Assembly (NCBI RefSeq): GCF_964204645.1 | Contig: NC_134025.1 | Location: forward strand, 11,718,001 to 11,782,000 | From: Tubulanus polymorphus | Lineage: Eukaryota > Animalia > Nemertea | Direction: 5' to 3' | Length of the DNA: 64,000 nucleotides | Part shown: piece by piece, positions 52,427 through 63,072 of the stretch | Numbering within the stretch: position 1 is the stretch's first letter | Layout: every line of letters begins with the position of its first letter | Made by a program: the position numbers and the translations under genes | Notes under the pieces: model-generated | Seen by the model: the letters and a program-made list of their open reading frames with translations, nothing else | Told to the model about the DNA's origin: nothing | Databases searched by the model: none

Positions 52427-53790
52427 CTAAGGGCAGACTGACTTTCCGAAAATTGGCCTCCCTCTGGGTGACAGATCCAACGGTTGGTCAACCGCAGATG
52501 CACCTAAGGAGAAGTCTAGTGGAAAATTTTGGACTTGTGTGCCCGAAGGTCCGCACAACAATTGGCCAGCTATGGGCGTATCAACTACTAACGGTCTGTT
52601 TTTGAAAGATCGAGTTACAGACAGGTCTGCCGGTTGCTCTATGTTGAATTGACCAATGCCTATAGGTGGACCAGGCGGCTGCGAACAACAGCACGAAATA
52701 CTCGAGCCGCTGGAACCCGTTGATCCAGCTGATGACGGCGGCCGTGTGGAAGGTTCACCAGTCCGTATCGAGCAATACCGGTTCGAATCCGTACTCGTAG
52801 GACTTAGGGGCGGAGGAGGGGTCACTGAAAGTGAACAAGTATATACAATTTATCCAGTCCTGAAAACCGCTAACGTCGGGCACGCACAATACAAACAGCG
52901 TCTGAAGACTGAGAAGTTGGGGTCCCAGCACTGGTCCCAGGAGGAGACTGCGCAGCAGCTATAATCATAGGCGCTGCAGGTGCCACACTCCAGTAGTGAG
53001 ACACTTTTTCTGGGGTAGCGTACTCCAATAACCAGTGCTAGCGACGTTTGTTTGTGCACCTCACCGTAATCGGCCCCGACATTAACGTACTAACTCACGG
53101 ATTATAAGTAATACAAAACAAAAAATTATACAATATGTATATAATATCTTATAACGATCCCAATAAATAAACCCCAAATTATTCAAAATAGCTGTATATC
53201 CGCCACTTGTCAGCCAACAATACGTCGTGATCAGGGATAGCGCATAAACTGAAATCCCCCTGATCCCAGGTAGACGAATAAGTTAACCTACTGGGTGGAG
53301 GGTTCGAATCCCTCAGTGTCTGTCCAACGGCTCCATTGTTGGTGGTACCCTTGGTGCTGAGTGTGTTCGAATCCAACAGTGGCTGTTCGACAGCACTGTC
53401 GTTGGTGGTACCCTTGGTGCTGAGTGCGTTAGAGTCCCACAGTGGCTCCCTTAAATGAGCTCATACCTCCCAATAAGACTTGGGAACTGGGGCAAGCGTG
53501 TGTGTCTTGTAAACCGTTGCCCCACAGTGACCACACTTCAACCCAACGGACATGTATCAACCACAATAAAAAAATTAAAGTATTAAAAATTTAAAAAATA
53601 TATATATGTATTCAACCAAATAACAACAGGCAATCGTGATGATAACAATTGAATGGTACTATAATACCCCACTTGGTCTATGCTGGACAAAGAATGTAGC
53701 CATCTGCGTCTTTATCACCAAAGTACAACTCGGCCGGGTTCGCAAAATCGCGAAAGAGATGTGCCCAAAATGGGTCGAATTTTAATCTAT
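52427..53790 (-). pseudogene. Gypsy accessory region upstream of gag: Cys/His modules, DSNP repeats, PxDLS-motif ORF
   Basis: FDPFWAHLFRDFANPAELYFG..LCPA; CYHHDCL; LKCGHCG; EPLWDSN repeats; LECGTC...CLYCAC; PADLS/PLDFS/PLDLS. 53040-53790 is homologous to 58975-59595 (+). Confidence 0.6.
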
Positions 53791-53811
53791 CAGTGCTGAC
53801 CATAAATCAGC

Positions 53812-54780
53812 CTGGTGTAAAAATAATTCTTTCTCAGTTCTTCTGCTGCGATATCTGGCGAACATTCAGAATCTTTTTATAAAACTTAAGAATAGACGGA
53901 ACCGTATTTGGTTGGGTCAGAACAATGAAGTGTATTAATAATTATGTGGCTCGTGAAGGGATCTCGCTGTTACTTCTTGATACTCCCTACTACTTTCTAT
54001 AAAAGGAAGAAACGGAAGTATAGGGAGATGTTGTTTTGCTTTAAAGTTAAATTACAAATGAAAAATTAGTATAACAGTTATAGAACATTTTTAAGGTTGA
54101 TAATTAACCACAATGTATTTCCGAATCATAAGTAATATTAATAAGTCGAAAAGAAACAATGAGTTTGTACCATGATTTGTGATGAAAACGAAGTTTTGAA
54201 AATATATTTAATTTGAGTAATCTGGATGTTATTTAAGAACAAAATGTTAATAATCGCTAAATTTTTAGGAAAATTAATTTGTGTAAAATGTTAGGCCTAA
54301 TGCTAGCTCTTTAAGGTTTCTCTTGTAGTATACGTCTGTTGGTAATTCGCAAAGAATAGCTGTTCTCTCAACGATGATAAGCAAGGAGTGAGTAAATCAT
54401 TCCGCGTCATGACAGGAGGGTTGGAAGGAAAAAGTTAGTTTAGCAAATCAGTTTTAAAAATAATTTTAGATCAGCGAATCATTAGGGCTAAATTCTGCAT
54501 GACCAAAACAGTAATGACAGTTAGGTTGCTGCTCCTTGCCAAAAATTGAGTGGGAGAGTCGGAATTTTAAGAATGCTGATTCTTTCTATAAAAGGGGTGT
54601 GCAGTCTTGAGAGAGTTCGATTCGAGAGTTCTATTCAAGACCTTGTTTGGAGAGTTTCTTTCGGGAAGACAATTACCAACAGGAGTGTAGACTAGAAATC
54701 ATTTTGAGAGTTAGGATCTGGATTGTGGAGCTACATAGAAAAAACATTCCGGTTTATGTTTTATAACCGATCCATAGCAA
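53812..54780 (+). repeat. Diverged, truncated LTR related to Gypsy A LTR
   Basis: Colinear similarity with ~43945-44760 (e.g. catgacaggagggttggaaggaaaaagttagtttagcaaatcag). Confidence 0.75.
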
Positions 54781-54799
54781 GGGACTCACAACTGTTAGG

Positions 54800-55130
54800 T
54801 TTGGCAAACCCGGGGCAACAACCAGTCGTAGGACCAGCTGATCCAGCTGTAGACCATGGAAATGACGATTATGAAAGTGATGATGAGTTCGTCATAGTGC
54901 CGAAAGGCCAAAGTGGACTAAAACTGGAACATTTTGATGGTACGAACGATCCGGAACTGTGGTTGGACGTGTTTTTGCAATACGTGAAACTCATGGCGTG
55001 GACTGGCCACCAGCTGTTGCAGACCTTCCCTTTATTTTTACGAGGGGAAGCCAGGTCTTGGTAAATTTATCTGGGTGTTGACAAGGGGAAGAAACGAGTT
55101 TGGAATGATTTGATCAAAGAATTACATCAC
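54800..55130 (+). pseudogene. Gypsy gag N-terminal fragment (another family)
   Basis: LKLEHFDGTNDPELWLDVFLQYVKLMAW...FPLFLRGEARSW*. Confidence 0.75.
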
Positions 55131-55218
55131 TGATATAATAATCCGGATAAGAAAATGCTCGCATAACCAACATCGTCGAGGGGGTTAAGAATAATTCTAG
55201 GAATATGGATCAGTTGGC

Positions 55219-55601
55219 GACTTGCATGACTCGCAAGGGAAGAGAGTACATGGACCATGACTTGCATTGATATGAGAGTACATGGACTATAACTTGCAAA
55301 GAAAAGGAGTAAATGGATCATGACTTGCAAGGGAAGAGAGTACATGAACCATGACTTGCAAGGGAAGAGAGTACAAGGACCATGACTTGCATTGATAAGA
55401 GAGTACATAGACCATAACTTGCATTGATAAGAGAGTACATGGACTATAACTTGCAAGGAAAAGGAGTAAATGGATCATGACTTGCAAGGGAAGAGAGTAC
55501 ATGGACCATGACTTGCATGAGGAAGAGAATACATAGACCATGACTTGCACGGGTAAGAGAGTACATGGACGATGACTTGGATGGGGAAGTACATGACTTG
55601 C
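55219..55601. repeat. ~30-31-bp minisatellite (catgacttgcaagggaagagagtacatggac), ~12 units; 3-4 more units at 56700-56808
   Basis: Direct read of tandem units. Confidence 0.9.
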
Positions 55602-55727
55602 GAGTCTTTGTTTTCAGTACAGAACGTGGGAGCCTGAAAAGAATATTTCTCGACAAATCAGTTATTGACGCGTTTAATGAAAAGAAGAAAAAAGACATTG
55701 AATTTCAATTCGACTAAATAATACACA

Positions 55728-56305
55728 TGCCATTAGGAGACCAATTTCTTGCAAGTGTCTCTTCTTTCCACCTTTTGTAGGCTGCCTCATCCTTTCTATA
55801 TCTCCAACACGGCAAATGCGATGATGACTCAGTTGTAAAACAGGGTATGGTGTATTGTTCGAGAAAGTGGCCACCATTGACGATGGTCATTCCGATTGGC
55901 TGCACACCATGGTCATACCCTGGATACAAGTTCAACCCGTCAACTTAGACATGCCAACGTGTGATCGTAACGATGAAGTTTGCAATAGTTTTACTGACAC
56001 CCTCAAATTTTTGCTATTTAAACATAATGCTTTGATCGAGAGTGTTCAAACTAACATGAGAACGGTTCAGAAATTGATTTCAAGTACGGATGCGCCGAGG
56101 AATAGTAGGGCTAAATGTACTGCTGGGTTTTTTGCTAGTGTTTTTAAATCATTATTCGGCACTGCGCTTGTTGACGATGTCCTGCAAGTACAGGATCATG
56201 TCAATCGGGTGGAAAAATTGACGAAATTAAATACGAAACAAATAAATTCTTTGACAAAACGTTTGGTCCATTTGCAGGGGCTGTTGATAAACGAATTGAT
56301 AATTC
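55728..56305 (+). pseudogene. Envelope (F-type fusion glycoprotein)-like N-terminal fragment
   Basis: YGVLFEK...WLHTMVIP, two Cys, heptad-like helix, RAKC (RAKR with CGT>TGT) followed by fusion-peptide-like AGFFASVFKSLFGTA and a coiled coil. Confidence 0.7.
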
Positions 56306-57441
56306 CATGTCCTGGAACTGGAACTTCACTGGAAATCGGAACTGGAACTCGAGAAATTTTATTCTATATGCAGTTAGTTCAGTTCACATAACTGTATGCA
56401 AAATTATATAAAAAACTTATTCAACTTGATATGACATCGATGTAAAGGATTCTAACACACACAAGCAACGAATAAACATTTCACGGACATTAATTCAACG
56501 TCTCAGACTTTGTTCTTGATCCGGTATACCAGTACTTACATTATGCGATGATACCATGCATCATCACACTTTGTCAGGCCCTCACAAGTGCTAGTGTTAT
56601 GCCATATAAGGTATGATGTCGGGGCCTCGCCGAACTAGCGGCTGATGTGGGTGTCAGCTACTTCCTCATATCAGATTATAGATAAGAAGATAAATAAGAA
56701 GAGAGTAAATGGACCATGACTTGCAAGGGAAGAGAGTACATGGATAATGACTTACAAGGGAAGAGAGTGCATGGATCATGACTTGCAAGGGAAGAGAAGG
56801 CATGGATCGAGATGAAACTTTCAAACTTAGGCGATTAAGGGGGGGGGGGGTTGAAAACTAATTAAAGAAACATGGACCAATTAGCAAAAGATGAATCAAA
56901 TCCATTTCAGAATCAAAACCATAATAACAACATTTATATCATTGAAAATCAAACAACTGATGCCTGTTGGTGCCAATAAGAAGGCGTTTTTCTGAAAATA
57001 AGTCAATCCAAGACATCGTATCATGTTTGTAAGTTTGTTTTGTTGCTCATATTCTGTATTAATAATTCTGAAAATAGTGATTTACTGGTTGAGAGTTCTT
57101 AGATACCAATGAAGCCTCAGTTATGCATGTGAAACACTTATTTTATCTTATATTGGAGATTTTAATATGTTAAATATTTTGGGTCTTTTTATGGTCATCT
57201 TGCTAATGAGATGGGTTGGGGGAATTGGCTATATATACTGGGATTTTTGGACCGTTTGGGGTACCGCTAGAAATATTTAGATCGTTGAGATCAGTTCATG
57301 TAATAGAGAGAACGCTGTGAGATAAAAATAAAAATAACTCTGAAGACAGGAACTCTGTGTGGTGTGACTTGTTTTCTTCTCTGACGTTTTGTGGTATTTT
57401 CACTCACTCAAGCGAAATTCAAACATCCCGTTGGTGACAAA

Positions 57442-57462
57442 TGGTGGAGAATCTGGCGGGCA
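57442..57462 (+). promoter_or_regulatory. tRNA-Ala-type PBS after an LTR end (...GTGACA at 57439)
   Basis: TGGTGGAGAAT(CTG)GCGGGCA resembles the complement of the tRNA-Ala 3' end. Confidence 0.6.
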
Positions 57463-57748
57463 TTTTACTTGAGTGAGATCGAACTATATATTAAATAGGC
57501 TTAAAAAAAACAACGGAAAGTCACTGGAACTTCACTGGAAATCGGAACTGGAACTCGAGAAAAACACACGGAAGACAATGGATTTTGGTAAATATTGAAC
57601 AATACTTGTTATTTAATTCTAATTTCGTCGTGTGCGTGGAACAATTTTCTGTGGATAGACCGGATATTTTTCCGTCTCCTCCGGTCTATCATACAATTAA
57701 TAGACATAATATTGAAGAACGCTAGAAAATACTTGATTATAATTGTGT

Positions 57749-58012
57749 ATGCCGGTCGAAACGAGGTCTGGAATGGACCGCGCTTTGGCAGATAGACTAG
57801 CTGAAATGACAGCCAAGATTGACGATAAGCCAATAGGCATGACTCGTTTACAACCGCCACAGTTTACCAGTATGGTAAATGAAGGCGCTATTATTTGGTG
57901 GCGGTGGTTCATCCAATATTCTACTTTTATGGGCTGGACCAACGAAAAGAAACTTAAGGCAGTGGGGCTGTTTTTAGATGGACTTGCTTCCGCTTGGTAT
58001 TGGACCGTGGTC
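57749..58012 (+). pseudogene. Gypsy gag N-terminal fragment
   Basis: MPVETRSG...LQPPQF...WWRWFIQYSTFMGWTNEKKLKAVGLFLDGLASAWY. Confidence 0.75.
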
Positions 58013-58055
58013 AAAAGTCAAAAGACGCAACCGTTAAGACAACGGCAAATAGTAT

Positions 58056-59600
58056 TAACAGTCATGACAGTTAGGTTGCTGCTCTTTGCCAAAAGTTGAG
58101 TGGGAGGGACTCGGAATTTCAATAATGCCGACTCTTTCTATAAAAGGGGCCTGCAGTCTAGGGAGAGCAGACACTCGAGAGACATTCAATGGACACTCGA
58201 TAGACACGAGAAATTTGTTAGAGACTAATGCTCGTGAAAGTTGCTGACAGGAGCATAAGAAACTAGAGCTAGGGACCTGGATTGTGGTTGTTGGCTGAAC
58301 ATTAAACTATTTAAGGTAAATAAGCTTCGTTTATATTATTATCATTAATCAGGATTCCGGCAATTCTAGTTTTTACTTGGCTTTGTGCACGGACACGTTT
58401 TCTCGCCAGGGTCCGATCTCTACGTTTAACAATTAACGATTAAGGAGAGGATTGTGACCGGTGTATCATTGGTGCCGAAACCCGTACTGTTTATCAGTTG
58501 CCGGAAATTTTTTTTGCATTGATCAATCATTGTTGTTCGAATGGTACATATTTTTGTATGTTCTCATTGTGGTGCGAAGAACGTGTTCTCTAAGAAGCGG
58601 CGCACCACAACCGACTCGACACGCGGAAAGTAATTGTGGGAGTCGAACCCACCTAGTATACAACCATTTGAAATTCCGGCGGAGTTTCCGGAACCATTGT
58701 GGGATTCGAACCCGCTGCCCACTCCGGTCATCCCTGTTGTTGAGACATTGCGGGATTTGAACTCGCGCTGTACGCGACCATTCGAAATTTCGGAAGAGCA
58801 TAGGGAGCCATTGAGGGATTCGAACCCGCTGCCGACTTTGGCCGTCTTTGCTGAGCCTTTGCAGGATTCTAACCCAACTGCTACACAGCACGAGGCCTCA
58901 GTTTCGATCACATCAAGGGATTCGAACCCCCTAGAACGCCGGCAAAGGGTAAAGCCGGTGAGAGTGCCGGAAAAACTCGACCCATTTTGGGCACATTTCT
59001 TTCGCGATTTTGCCAACCCGGCCGAGTTGTTCTTCGGTGACGCAGGCGGCAACTTTCTTTGTCCAGCCTAGACCGGGGAACTACCGTTAGTTGATATCAT
59101 CGCGATTGTCTGTTTTTTGTTGTTGATGCATGTTAGTTGGGTTGAAGTGTGGTCACTGCGGGGCAACGGTTTTTAAAATGCGCACGCTTGCCCCAGTTCA
59201 CGAGTCTAGTCGGGAGGTACCGGCTCGCATATTAAGGGAGCCACTGTGGGATTCGAACCCACTCGGCACCAAGCGTACTACCACCGACGGAATTGTTGAA
59301 CAGCCGCCGAGGGATTCAAACCCTCCACCCAGCAGGTTGCTTTATAAGGCTACCCGGCATCGGGGGGGGGGGGATTTTAGTTTATGCGCTATCCCTGATC
59401 ACGACGTATTGTTAGCCGACAGGTCACATGTTTAGGGTTACTTCGAGTGATCTGGAATTTTACAGTGTTATTTTGTAATAACGTTTTGCATACTACGTAT
59501 TTCTTTTGATATTCATCTATCGCGTGTTAATGAGGGGCCGATACCAGTTCGGTGTACGAATAACGTCAGAGCGCTGGCTATTCAGGTGCCCGAATTCGGG
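58056..59600 (+). mobile_element. Gypsy A-related fragment: LTR 3' part, tRNA-Phe PBS, accessory region
   Basis: LTR end gaggattgtgaccggtgtatca at 58468; PBS 58470-58483; ORFs 58634-59071 and 59130-59435. Confidence 0.8.
58636..59325 (+). repeat. Array of 8 T-arm/B-box-like hairpins encoding (W/R)DSNP repeats
   Basis: Units at 58636, 58699, 58750, 58813, 58861, 58915, 59246, 59309. Confidence 0.82.
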
Positions 59601-60503
59601 TGAAGGAAATCACGGCGATGTAGTCATGAGAAGAATTCGTGGAAATGAGCAATTATGAAATAAACTTATGAAACACTCGCTGACCCTTCGTCTGATAAAT
59701 CAATTATAAGGAGTAATTAAAGAGTAATATTAAAGAGTAATATTAAAGAGTTTTATTATTCTAATTAATAAAAGTTTGTGTCTTTAAATTTGAATGTACT
59801 AATTATGATAAAGAATATAAATAAGAAAGATGATATTTTGGCTTACATTGTATATTACTATTTAGACAAAATTAAATACCGTTCATTATGGGAATTGTGA
59901 TCATTGGATAAGTTAAATAAATGAGTTCGAGGGTTGGAAAAATAATATGTAATCTCTTCGGTGGGGTTGAGAAGGAGATCAGACGGGCAGGTATCATGAC
60001 GTCGAGGGTCGAGTTTAAGTTAGCGGCGAATGAAAAGTCTAAGAATCAGGACCCCAGCTCTGCGTCGTGGTGCTGCGTTGGTTGCTCGTTCTCTTTTACG
60101 GCTGGCCGCAAGCAGGGTTCCGGATTTTTCTTGGGTGTGGACTCAGCCGTATAAGAGAGGCAGCACTGCGAGAGAGATCAGACTATTTTAGAGAGCATTT
60201 TCAGAGGAAGCATTAGAAGACTATAGAACAGATAACTTTCGGCTATCCGGTATAATTGTATCTTCTTGGGTGTGGGATTTACAACAAAATTCAAAATTAA
60301 AAGGTAGGGAATTTTATAAATTGTTGAGATTGAAGTTAAGTTTAAATTGTTAGAATAAAAGTTGAGTATCATCATATTTAAATCCGGAGTTCCTTTTTAT
60401 TCCTTGGTTTTCAGGTTTCTGTGTTCGTGGTCGACTTTCTCGCTGGGGACTGGAGTTTGTAATAGAGGAAAAAGACAATAGAGAAAGGGACCGCGGAACA
60501 TAT

Positions 60504-60521
60504 TGGTGCCGAAACCCGGGA
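60504..60521 (+). promoter_or_regulatory. Perfect 18-nt tRNA-Phe PBS after an LTR ending at 60500
   Basis: TGGTGCCGAAACCCGGGA, preceded by ...ccgcggaaca-tat. Confidence 0.88.
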
Positions 60522-60920
60522 ACTCTGGAATAATATATAATAAATTAACTACTTCAAATTCCAATTTGAATAACACAAAAAATTCTGAATTTCGACAATA
60601 ATATATATATAGATTTCTGAATTATGGATGAAGAGATCATAGAGAAACCTATGATTTTCTGTTAGAAGTATTTACAGATGGCCTATAGGGTCTCTGTTGG
60701 GCGGAGCAGGATGCGAACGCATCCGGTGACGATGATTCATTTTTACTTATTGTAAATGCTAATGGGCCAAAATTAAGGCACCTTCGAAATTGCCTTTTAG
60801 AAACCACAGAAGTGCTGGGTAAAGGGCACAAGGACCCCTCATGGGCGGAAAGCTCTAGGTTTTTGGCGATGATCTTTCAATAGATTTCACACATTGGCAT
60901 TAGTCATAAGAATATTAGGG

Positions 60921-60951
<31 letters not shown>

Positions 60952-61015
60952 TTATAATATCGGTAATAATAATAATAATATTAACATTAGAAATTGTGAA
61001 CGAAATTTTTTTATA

Positions 61016-63072
61016 ATGACGACTCGAAGTCGGGCCCAATGGAATCCAGGTACGGCTGCTGATTATTCGGTCAGCAATGACACAGTCATGCGGGCGCTGA
61101 CCGGGCTTCAAGAGCAGATGGGCTCAGCAGCAGCATTTGTCAATTATAGCCTGCTTTCAAAATTCACGGGGCGAGATAAGCAAAATGTAGATGAATGGTT
61201 TAGGGGATTTGATAGGCTCGCCAACCTCAGAGGCTTGACCACTGAGGACAAAAAGAAACAGATATTCTGGTTTCTGTCCGGACCAGCTTTGGTCCTTTTT
61301 AACGATTTTAATGCATATCGACCAAGAGATTGATGCAGCTGGCGAACGTATAATGACCCCATGGGATAACATCGTGGCGGCTTTTATCAAACAATTAAGC
61401 CCCACGTCGTGGGCTTTTAGTCAGAGAATCTGCCCTGACAACTATGAAACAGGGAGAGGGGCAACCGATTGACCAGTTCGCCGAGGACATCGATCGGATG
61501 GCCTCTGGCTTATAGTTTTCAGATCATCAAAAGAAAATGTTGTTGATAAACAACTAAAAGCCAGAAATTTCCGTTTATCTGGTCTCCCAGCGGCCCGCTT
61601 CTTTTAGAGATGCCTGGGAGGCCGGTAGGATGGCGGAACACATAGAGAAAAAGAAGAAAACTGCCCCCACGGTTAATCAGCTTGAGGCAAGCCCGAATAA
61701 GGAGGTACGAGAAGTCACGGCTGAATTGCGTGACAAGTTCAAACAACTCATGTCAACTCAGAATAGGGATTCGAACCCTAGACATCATGACCAGCATGAG
61801 AGGGGAGTATCTCCAGATGAAAGGCAATCTCTACAGAGATCAAGTGGAGGGAGCGTGATTTGTTACCGCTGCCACGCCCCGGGACATTACGCCCGTAACT
61901 GCCCTACCTGGCAAGTGGACCAAGGATATCAGAGGCGTCCAGATGACAGAAATGTTAATAATTCTAGCCCGGCAAACACTAGACGATATAACAATAGAAG
62001 ATTTAGCAATCAACGCTCAATTTTGAATAGGCCAAATCAGGGAAATGCCATGGGACCTCATCATGGTATACCACTTAATATTCTTATTGACACCGGCGCG
62101 GAAATATCAGTTTTAAATAGTGGTTGTTTACATAGGAATTCGCAGATTCAGTCAGGTGAAACGCGAGAAGGACTATCCCATTCTGCTCGTGGGGTAGATG
62201 GTAGTAAGTTTGGAGGAGTAACTTGCGAGGATTAGCAGACATAAAATTCCAGCTGGGTAATCTAGATCTCACCCATTCTATGTATATTGTCGATGACGTG
62301 AGCTCCGATGTTATTCTCGGAGCAGACTTCCTAGAACAGCAACATGCTGTTATTGATTACAGCAAGAAAGCTTTCCTGCTGCCAGGTGCCAACACCATCC
62401 ATTTTAGTAGCTATACAGTCAAATTAGGAAAACCCTCGACAGTTAAAGTGACCGAAATGACAATTGTCCCACCTTTGTGTGAAGTTATTGTGAAAGGGAA
62501 CTGTTCGTCGGACAAACCTCCAGCGCCGTTTGCTGTATTTGAGCCATCTAACCATCTACGCACTCAGGATTTGTTAGGTGCTAGGTCAGTAGTTGATGTC
62601 ACTTCAACAGGGATTCCCATTAGCGTCATGAAATCAAGGGGGATTTTGGCCAGCTTCCAAGGCCACCGGAGGTCAATTTTACTCGGGTTAACGAGCCGCA
62701 GACATCAGCTGACATACGACTACCGGAGACGATCTAGTCGAGTCAGACCTGACGCTGTCACAACGAACGAAACTTTGTAAGTTACTCCACTCATACAAGG
62801 ATGTTTTTGCTAGGTCCCCAGATGAATTGGGTAAGATGGTCTTTGTCAAACACGTTATAGACACCGGAGATGCACCCCCTATTCTGAAGAGGCCATATAG
62901 GGCAACCCCTCGTATGCAGGAAGTCATCGACACTCATGTCAAACAATGTTGGACAACGGAATTGTTCAATATAGTACGAGCCCTTGGGCTGCTCCAGTGG
63001 CTGTCCAGAAAAAGAGCCCAGACTGCGAGGTCAAGTGGCGATTTTGTGTAGATTATATAGGACTCAAAGAAA
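61016..63072 (+). pseudogene. Gypsy gag-PR-RT(start), family A relative, frameshifted
   Basis: LSKFTGRDKQNVDEWFRGF; CYRCHAPGHYARNC; LIDTGAEISV; ILGADFL; HVIDTGDAPPILKRPYR; SPWAAPV; WRFCVDY, then interrupted. Confidence 0.88.

Noticed and set aside
58636-59325. CRISPR array or true tRNA gene cluster
   Set aside because: Eukaryotic retrotransposon context, degenerate ~17-nt repeats, spacers related to each other and codon-constrained, no cas genes; no A-box, D-arm, anticodon arm or acceptor stem around the T-arm motifs.
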